63,074 nucleotides of DNA, filler included, from Sanchytrium tribonematis (GCA_018985235.1; 14 parts of 14 records of this genome joined end to end with filler, not necessarily neighbours in it); one strand, 5' to 3'; counted from the whole stretch's first letter, positions 52,563 to 63,074 are shown. Made by a program: numbers and translations. The notes: generated by a model not told the origin, from the letters alone.

Positions 52563-53236
52563 CCTTATATGCCCAATAGACTCTGCAACGTTAACAATCG
52601 TGTGATCAAATATTAAGTGAAAATGAGTATCTCGCAATATTTTTAACAGAATGATGTCAAGTTGACATTATGATGTTGACAATGTCAACATCATGTTAAG
52701 TTTCTCAATAATATTTAGAAAATAATTTTATTGTTCTGAACCACCAGCTGCATTCGTGTCGGAAAAATCTGGCAAATCACGGAAAAATTTGATGAGGAAT
52801 TGCGAGGACTTGGGCATAAATATAATTTGGAATTTTTGAGAATAATTGAAAGCGTAAGAAGATATAGAATAATGCAATCTATTAAATAAACTTTTCGTTC
52901 AAAAAATTTCAGGTTTTTACTAAATCATGCTCGATATATTCGAGACAAAAAAACTCGCATTCAGTACTCTATATGTTGTATAACTTCCAGTTACACTCAA
53001 AAATTAGCCTGCTTTGTACCAAATATTTCTCGGCAACCTATTTTTTTGTCCAAATTTTTCCGTGATCGTCGATAATTGTCATCATGACTAAATTCCACTC
53101 GAATATAAAAAGGAGCTTTATATGGACATGTTGCCATTATTATCTTATAATAATTGGCTGATATGATAGATAATAATAACTGCTCGGCTTAAAATTTTAG
53201 GCCATGGTATTTAAGCCGACTGTTGCAATCTCAATA

Positions 53237-53473
53237 ATGAGTTCTCAAGGTCGCAATCCAGCTTTAAATGATAGCCAAAAGCAAGATATCGCAGATAAAG
53301 TCAAAAACAACCCAGACGAGTCAATTAATAGCTTGTACAAGAAAGACGACAAAGGTGTTAGCTATACTACTTATAACAAGGCAGTCCATGAAACTGGTGC
53401 GCGTGATGAGGAAGATATTGCCAAGCGTCAAGTAGCTCATGATACGAATGCAGCTGGTGGTTCAGAACAATAA
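53237..53473 (+). CDS. 78-aa protein resembling a Tc1/IS630 transposase HTH domain
   Basis: GRNPALNDSQKQDIADKVKNNP..SIN.L....VSYTTYNKAVHETG. Confidence 0.55.
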   Translation: MSSQGRNPALNDSQKQDIADKVKNNPDESINSLYKKDDKGVSYTTYNKAVHETGARDEEDIAKRQVAHDTNAAGGSEQ

Positions 53474-53669
53474 AATCATTTTCCAAATATAATTGTGAAA
53501 ACTAACATTACGTTGATATCATTCTGTTAAAAACAATTAGATATACTCATTTTCACTTAATATTTGTTCACACGATTATTAACGTTGCAGAGTCTATTGG
53601 GCATATAAGGATGTCACGAGTTTATAACGTTTTCCATTTAAACGAATTATCGCTATCTCCCTAAAACAT

Positions 53670-54168
53670 ATGTCAAAGTATTTTAAAGTTGAGAAGAATG
53701 ACTTAGAGTCAATTTTTGTTTTCCCTGATGTTCCATGTGATACGCCTAATCACTTTCCCTTGAGATCCATTGTCCGTTCTTTTACAAGCATGAAGCAGGC
53801 TAGTCAAATTCAATCGAAGTTTTTATTTTACATTCTTGGTCGCTTAGACTGGTTGACTTACATGATTAATGAATATAATAAGGGAATTGAGCAAAAAGTG
53901 CCTGAGGATGATATCTATTTTAACAGATATATCAAATTTCAAGTTGTCCAAGGCTTGAGTGGTTTAGGGTTTCAAATCAAATTACCAAATACACCATTAG
54001 CTGTTCCGGGTTTAGATGAGCTTAAATCAGAAATCAGAAGTGTCCACAAGTCACAATTGGAATATTATGCTCAAATTATCAAAGACAACGCAATTGTTTT
54101 TGATGCTTTGTCTGAGTTATATAAACCAGGATTGATTGTACGTGGAATTACTTCACTTGGAGTCCCTG
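53670..54168 (+). CDS. Second, inverted copy of the AAA ATPase 5' region (3' truncated; possibly a pseudogene)
   Basis: Near-identical to 52001-52499; upstream 3-nt and 1-nt deletions break the longer N-terminal frame. Confidence 0.75.
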
Positions 54169-54268
54169 NNNNNNNNNNNNNNNNNNNNNNNNNNNNNNNN
54201 NNNNNNNNNNNNTTAATTAATTAANNNNNNNNNNNNNNNNNNNNNNNNNNNNNNNNNNNNNNNNNNNN

Positions 54269-54949
54269 ATTAGGGATATTTCCAATTAATACGTTGTGGA
54301 CTGCTTCAAAATACAACATATTGTCATTAAATGGTGGTAATATTCCAGAGAAACTATTATAATTACCAGTAAATGAATATAAATTATTTCCATAATTTGG
54401 AATATTTCCTGAAAATAAATTATTTTCGATATTTAATGACTTTAATGAATTTGGTAATGGATTTGGAATAGTACCACTTAATTGATTATTCTGTAATTGA
54501 ATGACTGTAATGGCATTTGATGAAATGATTGGAAATGAGCCATTTAATTGGTTGCCATTTAAATACAATAATTCTATTGCATTTGGAATATGCTTGATAT
54601 TTCCATATAAATTCAAATTGGTTAATGATAATGTCGTAATTTTATCAGGTAAATTATCAGGAAATTCACTATTTAATGGATTATTGTTGATGCTAAATTG
54701 AATTAATTCGGATGGGAATTGAGAATTAGTAAATGATCCATTTAATTGCATGTTTTCCCAATTAATTGATAATACGCGTTGATTTCCATTTAAAGAGGCA
54801 CAGGATACCTTGTTTGTGACTAAACAGCAATCGGATTCAAGTTGAGAGTAAATTGTTGGATTTTTAATATTCATATTTAAATTTAGTGCCAATTGGATGA
54901 CTATAGAGCAATCTGAAGAGATGGCATTGAGTATAAAGAGTAAAAACAT
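54269..54949 (-). CDS. Secreted LRR protein with SDC..DCC N-cap, 3' truncated
   Basis: MFLLFILNAISSDC; LxLxxNxLxGxIP repeats. Confidence 0.88.
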
Positions 54950-55091
54950 GTGTTTCAAATAGAGTACCGTAAAAAAGTGAATGAAGCCCGACGTGTGGAG
55001 ATGTATTAAATATCTTACATCATATTTACTAACCATAAACCATATACTACCATGATTACATGCGTATTTACACCATTTGTTGATTCCGTGG

Positions 55092-56114
55092 CTAAATGAG
55101 TTGAAAATGACCTGTTGGAGTCAATCCTTGAGTTTGGGTTGCAACTACATTCTTGATATTTGTAGCACCAGTCACATTTACACCTGCATTAACAATTACT
55201 TTGCTAGAATACGTTGCAGTTGAAATGGGTGAGAGAGCAGGGGGATTTGTTTCGTGCGCATTTCCTTCGTTTTTATCATCCACTGCTTTTGTTTCCATGA
55301 AAGATACTTCTTTTAAAGTCGTAGTGGCTACAGATGGTCTATACGCACACATTTCACTCGTTTGTTGCTGAGTTGCATTGTAAACATTCGCATGATTGCA
55401 TTTTAAATACCATGAGGGCACTGGTTGAGTCACTGCAAAGATACCCAATGGATTGTTACTTACATCACATCGATTTGCATTGTAATACATGGAACTAGAA
55501 TCCACAATCTTGACATTGACAAAATAATTATTCGCAATTTTGACTTCAAATGGACGTGTAATGGTCAAATTACCCGTAAATTGATTGTCATACAAATACA
55601 CATATTTCGTATATTGTGGAAATGTAATGGGAACACATCCATAAAATTGGTTGCCAGCCAAATCAAATAAATACATATTTGCTGCTTGATTTGGAATCTC
55701 TGGAAAGGGACCACTCAATTTATTGGATCTCACTACAAATTTTTGAATAATAGAAGAAATGGGTGGTGGACTTCCAGTAATCGCATTACTTCTAAAATCT
55801 ACATCATAAAGCGTGTTTAATCGTGAAAATGCAGTCGCATTAAAAGTGCCATTTAACCCCATATAACTCCACTGGATCAATTCTACACGTTGAATGCTAT
55901 TGACATAAGTGCATTTGGTGTAGTAGTTGCCTGTTTGCGTGGTTGAGCAGCAGTCATTGGAAAGTTGAGTGAAAGTTGAAGGAGAAGTTAAATGCATATT
56001 TAATCCGGTTGCTAAACTCAACACGTCTTGACAATCTGGTGATACTCCCTTGACTAGTGCTACTAATAACACGAATACTAAACTCTTAAAAGACTTTGGG
56101 GGAGAGTCAAACAT
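55092..56114 (-). CDS. Secreted LRR protein, paralog of the previous gene, with T/S-rich tail
   Basis: PDC..V..LA..LNM...P....QL..DCC cap; N..SG.[FI]P repeats. Confidence 0.88.
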   Translation of the reverse strand: MFDSPPKSFKSLVFVLLVALVKGVSPDCQDVLSLATGLNMHLTSPSTFTQLSNDCCSTTQTGNYYTKCTYVNSIQRVELIQWSYMGLNGTFNATAFSRLNTLYDVDFRSNAITGSPPPISSIIQKFVVRSNKLSGPFPEIPNQAANMYLFDLAGNQFYGCVPITFPQYTKYVYLYDNQFTGNLTITRPFEVKIANNYFVNVKIVDSSSMYYNANRCDVSNNPLGIFAVTQPVPSWYLKCNHANVYNATQQQTSEMCAYRPSVATTTLKEVSFMETKAVDDKNEGNAHETNPPALSPISTATYSSKVIVNAGVNVTGATNIKNVVATQTQGLTPTGHFQLI

Positions 56115-56256
56115 GTGTCTGTGGCTTGATTTTATAAAATACACGGTGCTACACACGTAGAGGGTTCTATTTAACTAAAAAATTTGATAGAATTTTGGAG
56201 AATGAAAACTATTAGAGACGACGCGATAACGAGAAAGTCTTAAAGATTTATTAAAA

Positions 56257-56910
56257 TCAAATTGGGCGTCTTTCTGCTTCTCCTGGTGGCTCCACTCCTT
56301 CACTTGTGCTTGAAGGTGGCAAATCTGCAAATTTTGGAGGCGCAACATCCGTAGTTATTTGTCCATTAGTAAATCCATTTGCAAAATCAGTGGAATGCAG
56401 ATTTGGATCTACATTTGGTAAATTGGTATTATCGACCTGATGCAACAAATCCTTTCCAGGATTACTTTTACCTCGAAACATATCAGTTAATCGACTAGTA
56501 GTGTCTTCAATGATCCGCTGCTGGGCATTGGGTACGTTATGTAGAACATTTTCATAGGCATCTGTTTGCTTTCTATAAGCTGCATCCGGTTTTGCGTGCT
56601 CTTTTAGAAATTGAATCACTTTAACATTTTGTCCATTTTTAATTTCTTGCAGCTTTTCATCTTGTTGAGTCTTAATTTGTGTAACATCTTGCATCAATTG
56701 ACTGTCAAGTGCTTTGACTTTGGAGATATCTCCATTTGTAATTGCTTCTTGAATCAATTTAAGAGATCGTACCGCTTTTTCTTGTGCGAGATATTTGTAA
56801 TAATGTTGCACTTCTACTTTTAGTGAATTGGATTGTATTTGAGGATCTGTCCCATCAACTAAAGCAGTAAGTCTTGCTGGAATTGCCATTAAAAGAGTCA
56901 AAGAAATCAT
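56257..56910 (-). CDS. Secreted hypothetical protein
   Basis: MISLTLLMA|IP leader. Confidence 0.65.
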   Translation of the reverse strand: MISLTLLMAIPARLTALVDGTDPQIQSNSLKVEVQHYYKYLAQEKAVRSLKLIQEAITNGDISKVKALDSQLMQDVTQIKTQQDEKLQEIKNGQNVKVIQFLKEHAKPDAAYRKQTDAYENVLHNVPNAQQRIIEDTTSRLTDMFRGKSNPGKDLLHQVDNTNLPNVDPNLHSTDFANGFTNGQITTDVAPPKFADLPPSSTSEGVEPPGEAERRPI

Positions 56911-57113
56911 TTTGATAATTCTCGATACTGTGACTTCTTTTAAGTATGTGGTTAGCCCTGGCACTCAATCACAGACCCTGACAATTATTGCATTACCCTG
57001 CTACAAAGAATGAGGTCATTTGTCCAATCAATCACAGATTCTGAGTGATCTGAGATGAAATTGGGACTTGGAAAGCACCCAAAATTCTTTTAAATCATTT
57101 ATAAAATTCAATT

Positions 57114-58061
57114 TTATTTAGCATGAGCATGCTGCATCTCCATTTCCTTGTCCAATGGCTCATAATGACTATATTTTGAAATATAATCTACACTCGAATA
57201 AATAATGCCTCCAATAATCGTCACAATGATTCCAACACCATTTATAACATTTAAAGAGATATGAAATAACAACACGCTTAATAAAATGGTACTAATTTGC
57301 TTCACATTGCCAGCAACAGAGCAACTTAATGGGCCATTCTTACGCATTGCTGTAAAACTGGCCATATTTAGTAAATATGCTAAAAATGCATTACTAATCA
57401 GCATTAATAATAGGAATAAAGTGGGTGGATCTTGGCACAATCGAATGATTTCACCATTAAAAGAAGCAAAGATCAAACATTGTAAAGTAGCCAAAGGGGT
57501 TAATTTTAAAATAGCATCAAGCGGGTGCAATTTTAGTGGACCAACCATGACTTGATTAGTTACTATGCCCTTTAATGCGCTTAAAATGACTCCAATCCAC
57601 ACGATAATGAGTCCAAACCAGGAATAATTGATTTCTCCATAACTCGCCAACATGACCCCAACGACAATTGGAATGAGTGATAAACATGTTTTAATGGAAG
57701 TATATTTGCCATAAAGTAGATTTAAAATGACTGTGATGATTGGATTTGAAGATCTGATGATTTGATGAAAATGGACATTTGTGAGTAATAATCCCCAATT
57801 ACTAATAGCAATGTTGATGGTATATAGAAATGAAAAGTAGTAAATGGTTTTCCATTGTTCAGAATCCAATTTGGTGGGAGTATGAATGAATTTAACCCCT
57901 AAATAAGTGACTGAGGCATGTAAACTGGTGAGTAACCAGGGATATTGGAAATCATTCAATAAATATTTGGAATGTAGCGTGAGGATAATACTACATGCAA
58001 CATAGAGTATGAGCCATAGATATCTATTTTGAGAGAGGGTCTCCTGTTTGGAATCACTCAT
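57114..58061 (-). CDS. Triose-phosphate/nucleotide-sugar transporter family (SLC35E/TPT)
   Basis: F.YP..LT..H, NIA.SN..L, F.QIIR, SVAGNVK; multiple TM helices. Confidence 0.9.
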   Translation of the reverse strand: MSDSKQETLSQNRYLWLILYVACSIILTLHSKYLLNDFQYPWLLTSLHASVTYLGVKFIHTPTKLDSEQWKTIYYFSFLYTINIAISNWGLLLTNVHFHQIIRSSNPIITVILNLLYGKYTSIKTCLSLIPIVVGVMLASYGEINYSWFGLIIVWIGVILSALKGIVTNQVMVGPLKLHPLDAILKLTPLATLQCLIFASFNGEIIRLCQDPPTLFLLLMLISNAFLAYLLNMASFTAMRKNGPLSCSVAGNVKQISTILLSVLLFHISLNVINGVGIIVTIIGGIIYSSVDYISKYSHYEPLDKEMEMQHAHAK

Positions 58062-58723
58062 TATTTCAAATTGGGGGAAGTTTTGATTTTTATGAAAAAT
58101 TAGCCAATGATTGAGACCCAATCAACCTTTCTTAATTGCATTAGTTTAATTCACATGGATCAAATGTATTTAAATTGTATTTACATCTTCGTGTCATAAG
58201 TTAATAAAATATCTTGAGAAAAGACCTCAAAATGTCTATTTCCTTCACAAGTAAAAGTAAGGGGTATCTAGTGGACCATCTAATACTGTAAACTCAAACA
58301 GTAGATGTCGATTAGTCCCTCTTTAGCCATAGATCAATTTACTCACATCTCCTTATTTACAAAATGACTCCGAAACCATCAAAATTGTCAAAACACAATC
58401 AGAATTCTGGTAAAAGCATCAGAAGCACTCAAAAAATGGTAAATGTGAACCGACAACCCACTTTGACCAAATATGATGGCGATGTTTATGCAATTCGTCA
58501 TCCTTTGATTCACCAAATTTATAGTATGATTCATCCTATTATAATTGACTATAGAATTCAAATGCGAGATGATAATAAAAAGTATCTCCATGATGATTGA
58601 AAAAAATAAATGCATTATCTCTNNNNNNNNNNNNNNNNNNNNNNNNNNNNNNNNNNNNNNNNNNNNTTAATTAATTAANNNNNNNNNNNNNNNNNNNNNN
58701 NNNNNNNNNNNNNNNNNNNNNNC

Positions 58724-60814
58724 TATGTAACCTCGATTCTTGGGAAATCGAGCTCGAAATATCCAGATACTCAGCTGATCCTTGATTCATTTACTGCTTC
58801 ATCTGATGGGAGCCAGAGAAATAATATGGTTAGGTTGGGTAAAGAATTATACGATGCAGGCTGTGACGCGATTATAGGACCAAATGAGGGTCCTGCTACG
58901 GACGGATTCACTCAAGAAATCAGTCACTTTTTGCGTCAAAAGAAGAAGCCGGTATGTAGTGTGGGGCAGCTTAGCTTGGATTCTGAGACAAGAAAGATAG
59001 CTAAGAACTTAATAAGTGTGGTTCCATCTGATTCAGTTTTTCAAGCCAAAATAGATCAAATTGCTGATCAATGGAGCGACTATTTCATCTTTGTAGATCC
59101 TTCAATGGTTTCCTTTCTGGGTAATATCCCCGAGAAAATACCTCAAATTGTATTAGACAACTCCAAATCATCATTTTTAAGTGACGTAAAAGCCGCAGCT
59201 TCACAATTAGCTTCTTCAGCCAGTAACATTGTATTATTTTTGGGAGACATGGAATTATTCGAAGACATTTACGATGCTTCATCAGATTTGCTATCTAATT
59301 CGGTGCAATGGAATATTGTCAGCAAAACACCAATCACTTTAAAGCCTGAATGGAATAAGGTATATGCTACTTACCAACCAGAGATGTCAGATGATAACCG
59401 ATTGTTATGTTTAAAGTCAATGCTGTCATTTTTCGAAGAAATGCAGCCAAATTTGATTGCCGGAAGCTTTTCATCTGTCAATATAAGCTCAATTAATACC
59501 GTTTCTTTAGAAGGCATAAATGGCAAATTTAATGAGGTAGGAGACTTGGATGTTCAATGGATATTAGCCTCAACTGACGATAAAACTATTGAAACATTGG
59601 AAGCTGAAGATTTAAGAATTTATAGAGGAAGAACTTTGCTCCAACAATATCCAGGTACTTACAAGACTCTTTTGGTCTTTGCTTACTTGTTCTGTATTTC
59701 CACAATATTAATTGGTGTGGTTATTAGACGAAAAGTAACTCAAAAAAGAAGAAGTGGTATCTTAGATATGACAAGTTTGGTCGGAATTTTCATTGGAAAT
59801 TTATACGTATTTGCTAACATTCCTAAACCTTCTGATAGAAGCTGCCAAAAAGCTGTATGGTTTTTGCCCATCTCTTTAAGCATTATTTTGGGAACTATGA
59901 TTGTTCGATCGTATAGATTGTATCGCATTTTTGGAGGTGCAAAATTACATTCCCAAAAGTTGAATGACTTTAATCTTTTCTTAATGGTTGTCGGATTGGT
60001 TTTGGTCAATGTGGTTATCCTAGTTTTATGGACTGCTTTAGATCCAATGAAACCAAGTGTTAATTTTGAATATTTGGAAAGTGTTTGTGACTCAAAATAC
60101 AACAGTCTTTTCACTATATTATTAGCATGCTATAATGGTTTATTAATGGCAATCGCAGCCTTTTTAGCAAATTCAACGAGAAAAATTGTTTCTGAGTATA
60201 CCGAATCTGTTCAATTAGCTTGGTGTGTCTACAATGTGGCTCTTTGGTCTCTGGTCAGTATACCAATCCAATTCACAAATGGAATTGACCCGCAACTTAA
60301 ACAGATCTTTCTGTGTGTATTTGTAATTTTGGGAACCAATTTATTCACGACTTTGTTATTTGGACCGGCTTTAATTAAGACAAGACACGACATAACAGCT
60401 AATAGAACATCTTTAGCATCCACATTTCAAAAATTGGCGCCTGGGCCACAACAATCTGAGGATGACCTAGATGGTGGTGATGGAAAATTATTTGCACACA
60501 TGGCAGATGTCTGTGAACCTGGTGCGGTAAATATGTATAAAAGATATCTAGTCATGGCAAGCGCAGAGGATAAATATATTGAAATATTTGATGTCAATGA
60601 AGGAGCAATCAATTTTGTAGGCAGATCTTTTAAATTGGACCTGTTGAACAAATTAAAAATGGAAGATATGAAAACCGGCGGTGTTGATTTGACACTAGAT
60701 TCTGCTCATATTTACATCGTTTTCAATGGTGAAGAATTAAATACAAAATTCAAACAACTGATTCGACCATTTATTCAAGTGAAACAGAATGCCAACCTTG
60801 CTGCTAAGATGTAA
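58724..60814 (+). CDS. Class C (GABA-B-like) GPCR: Venus-flytrap-like N-terminus plus 7TM; 5' partial
   Basis: AIIGP, F...GD, C....W.......I.G....RSYR.YRIF, W...DP, Y.ES..L...VYN. Confidence 0.85.
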   Translation, partial: YVTSILGKSSSKYPDTQLILDSFTASSDGSQRNNMVRLGKELYDAGCDAIIGPNEGPATDGFTQEISHFLRQKKKPVCSVGQLSLDSETRKIAKNLISVVPSDSVFQAKIDQIADQWSDYFIFVDPSMVSFLGNIPEKIPQIVLDNSKSSFLSDVKAAASQLASSASNIVLFLGDMELFEDIYDASSDLLSNSVQWNIVSKTPITLKPEWNKVYATYQPEMSDDNRLLCLKSMLSFFEEMQPNLIAGSFSSVNISSINTVSLEGINGKFNEVGDLDVQWILASTDDKTIETLEAEDLRIYRGRTLLQQYPGTYKTLLVFAYLFCISTILIGVVIRRKVTQKRRSGILDMTSLVGIFIGNLYVFANIPKPSDRSCQKAVWFLPISLSIILGTMIVRSYRLYRIFGGAKLHSQKLNDFNLFLMVVGLVLVNVVILVLWTALDPMKPSVNFEYLESVCDSKYNSLFTILLACYNGLLMAIAAFLANSTRKIVSEYTESVQLAWCVYNVALWSLVSIPIQFTNGIDPQLKQIFLCVFVILGTNLFTTLLFGPALIKTRHDITANRTSLASTFQKLAPGPQQSEDDLDGGDGKLFAHMADVCEPGAVNMYKRYLVMASAEDKYIEIFDVNEGAINFVGRSFKLDLLNKLKMEDMKTGGVDLTLDSAHIYIVFNGEELNTKFKQLIRPFIQVKQNANLAAKM

Positions 60815-60902
60815 ATATAATAAATGAGTTGAATAATTTGCTGAAAATCTAAAGACGCCCTTTATATTTCAAATGTACAATTGAGGAGAACTCCTCTTGA
60901 CA

Positions 60903-62057
60903 ATGGTCCCAAAAAAAAGTAAAAGCAAAAGATTAACCTTGAAAATGAAATATAAGATACAAAAGAGAGTCAGTCAGCATCACAAAAAGCAACGCAAAGA
61001 AGCAAAAAAGAATCCACAATCAAAAAAGAAACAAGTAGATACTATTCCTAAAATGATGCCAAACAGAGAAGCTATCATTGAAAACTTGAAAAACAGAAAG
61101 CCATTATTACAAATATCAGAAGTATACAAAAATCAAACAATTGAAGAAAAAATAGAATCCCAGGATGAAGCTATAAAAATGCCTACTGTTACACAATCTG
61201 GACAACGACTAGTTCACCAGGCCATTGATGCTGCTGAGGCTGTTGTTGAGATACTAGATGCTCGTTGTCCAGAAGCATATAGAAATTTTTCTGTTGAAAA
61301 GTATATACAAAATTCGAAAAAACCATTTATAAAAGTCTTTACCAAAATAGATTTGGTGGATGAATCTGTTATCAAACTATGGAAATCGTCTTTGAAGGGA
61401 AGCATTTATTTGGTCAAATGCAACACACAATCTCAAAAGCATAATTTGAGCAGAAATGCTGGTCCTTCAAGTGCTAAAGGAATAGATGCTCTGTATGGTC
61501 AATTGAGCAAATATAGAACTGTGGCATTTTTCGGCGCACCAAGTGTGGGCAAATCTAGTTTAATTAACTCGTTATGTCGTGAAAGAGTTGCTACTAGTGG
61601 TAAAAATGACGGAACAACAAAAGGACTGATGCAAGTTGCCATTAGTAAGAAATTAAAAGTTCTGGATACACCAGGGATCTATCCTGACACCCCAAATGTA
61701 ATTATTAAAATCTTGCAGAACAGAGATGTAAATGCGCTTTATAATTGGTTCAACAGCGAGAATGCTCTTGCTAAATTGGCGATGGCATTTAACATTCCAC
61801 ATCCACAAAATTGTGATGATTTTGTCAGATATGTAGCCGAAAAGTACAAATTTATGAGCAAAGGGTGTATAGATCTTAGTAGAGCTCATGAGAAGATCCT
61901 CAAAGATTTCAGAGATCTTGGATTTTGGTCTTGCAGTCCTCAACCAAATGGGTTTGTATTAAATGTCACAGCTGCAAAATTGAATGAAATGGAAGTTGAT
62001 GAGTCAAATGAAGAAGATGGAATGGAAGAATGGATGGAAGAAGAACTTGGTGCTTAA
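60903..62057 (+). CDS. NUG1: Nucleolar circularly permuted GTPase Nug1/GNL3
   Basis: MVPKK.KSKR...KYKI.K.V..H.KK; DAR.P, TKID, GAPSVGKSS, DTPG. Confidence 0.92.
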   Translation: MVPKKSKSKRLTLKMKYKIQKRVSQHHKKQRKEAKKNPQSKKKQVDTIPKMMPNREAIIENLKNRKPLLQISEVYKNQTIEEKIESQDEAIKMPTVTQSGQRLVHQAIDAAEAVVEILDARCPEAYRNFSVEKYIQNSKKPFIKVFTKIDLVDESVIKLWKSSLKGSIYLVKCNTQSQKHNLSRNAGPSSAKGIDALYGQLSKYRTVAFFGAPSVGKSSLINSLCRERVATSGKNDGTTKGLMQVAISKKLKVLDTPGIYPDTPNVIIKILQNRDVNALYNWFNSENALAKLAMAFNIPHPQNCDDFVRYVAEKYKFMSKGCIDLSRAHEKILKDFRDLGFWSCSPQPNGFVLNVTAAKLNEMEVDESNEEDGMEEWMEEELGA

Positions 62058-62113
62058 TAAATAATTTGTGACCAGCTTTTTGGTTCTATCCCTTGTGACA
62101 TCTTTTGTACCAC

Positions 62114-63074
62114 ATGATTTTCAATGAACAGTTTTTTTTCTTTGCAGGATTGATATCCATTCTGTTGTGCATGTATATTTGTATGTGTTATTTATCATTT
62201 AGTGAAAAAAATTTGAAAAACATGAGACATAGATTAATTTTGATACTGATGATTTGCAATTTATTTCAGGCAATGATAAGCACCATTACTGTTATTCTAC
62301 ATAAGGATGCCGCATTCTTTGGGGCATTTGTTAAAATACTATGTTCATTGCATACATGGATGACAATTACAAGTGATTTTGCATTGTGCGGAATTGCGTT
62401 CATTACTTTTATGATTTTGAAATCACCGTTTAAGAGTGATTATTATTTGCAAATGTTAAAAGATAGAGAATTCTTTATTCTGCCATTAGTGTGGCTTATA
62501 CCCCTAGGAATTACTCTATCTATTTGGGATATTAAATTTGGTAGCATGATAGGCCAGTGCATTCTACCAACAACTCCCATCTGGCCACGTATTGTGATAA
62601 AAATACTGCCCAAAATTTTGACTTGTTTTGTTTTATGCTTCTGCTACTTTTTTAGTTTTACGTGGCTTCATACGCATCAAAAAAACATGAAGAAACTATT
62701 CCAATTTGACTCTCAAAAGAACATCAAAGACGATAGGAGGTGCCCCAACTGTAGATTAGTAATCCACACTATGCAATGCCAGACTTGCGGATTTAAAAGG
62801 CCTATACCCAAACCGAAAATTGACGAGGAAGATTCTGAAATATTAGAACTTAGCAAACCCAATATTTCAAAACATAAGAATCGGTTCAAGGAATACAGAA
62901 CACTTGTATTCTTTGCATCTTACTCTCTTTTATATCTGTTGGTAACTGTTCCTGAATTAATTGTTGAAATGAGCTATATTATGGATACCTTTCCAAGTGA
63001 AGTGACATTCATCATGCACAGAACACTGAGTCAACTAAATGGTGGTTTAAATGCTTACTTTTATGGTTGGAATG
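62114..63074 (+). CDS. Git3/Gpr1 or cAMP-receptor-like 7TM GPCR, 3' truncated (not in ORF track)
   Basis: Open frame from ATG 62114 to the end: RHRLI after TM1, seven hydrophobic segments, LNG.LNA.FYG.N. Confidence 0.75.
   Translation, partial: MIFNEQFFFFAGLISILLCMYICMCYLSFSEKNLKNMRHRLILILMICNLFQAMISTITVILHKDAAFFGAFVKILCSLHTWMTITSDFALCGIAFITFMILKSPFKSDYYLQMLKDREFFILPLVWLIPLGITLSIWDIKFGSMIGQCILPTTPIWPRIVIKILPKILTCFVLCFCYFFSFTWLHTHQKNMKKLFQFDSQKNIKDDRRCPNCRLVIHTMQCQTCGFKRPIPKPKIDEEDSEILELSKPNISKHKNRFKEYRTLVFFASYSLLYLLVTVPELIVEMSYIMDTFPSEVTFIMHRTLSQLNGGLNAYFYGWN

Larger units (their letters stand above)
52001..54168. repeat. Diverged inverted duplication (arms about 52001-52760 and 53441-54168)
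   Basis: The arms are reverse complements with scattered substitutions and small indels. Confidence 0.92.

Noticed and set aside
62181..62202. 22-nt GTATGT...TTAG intron candidate in the GPCR
   Set aside because: The reading frame is intact without splicing, and removal would frameshift TM1 from the rest.

Overview
This is AT-rich, extremely gene-dense eukaryotic DNA. It is not one locus: it is 14 unlinked contigs of about 4.35-4.5 kb, in decreasing length order, joined by artificial 100-nt N44-TTAATTAATTAA-N44 spacers. Gene content (fungal GT71 mannosyltransferase, Git3-like GPCR, CYFIP/WAVE, MMACHC, class C GPCR, TKL-Sel1 kinases, secreted LRR proteins) points to a compact early-diverging zoosporic fungus; a sanchytrid-like parasite is an inference only. 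Main signals: (1) introns are rare and only 19-20 nt long (two GT-AG, one GC-AG, all with A at -6), and the same genome has a U2AF65 lacking its RS domain and with a shortened RRM1; (2) an ORF of at least 686 aa missed by the ORF track (2058->1, minus) looks like a non-LTR retrotransposon polyprotein, with an ORF1-like region and ubiquitin-like domain(s) ending in Gly-Gly fused in frame to the start of an APE endonuclease; (3) a Harbinger transposase is cut off by a (TTC)17-tailed insertion; (4) promoters are minimal (identical 13-bp E-box at both ribosomal protein genes, oriented ATTGG boxes, a start-proximal CC-T motif) and apparent signal peptides are only 8-11 aa; (5) there are clusters of secreted effector-like paralogs and a diverged inverted duplication around a stand-alone Tc1-type HTH gene. 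All family calls come from motif recognition by eye; no searches were run.
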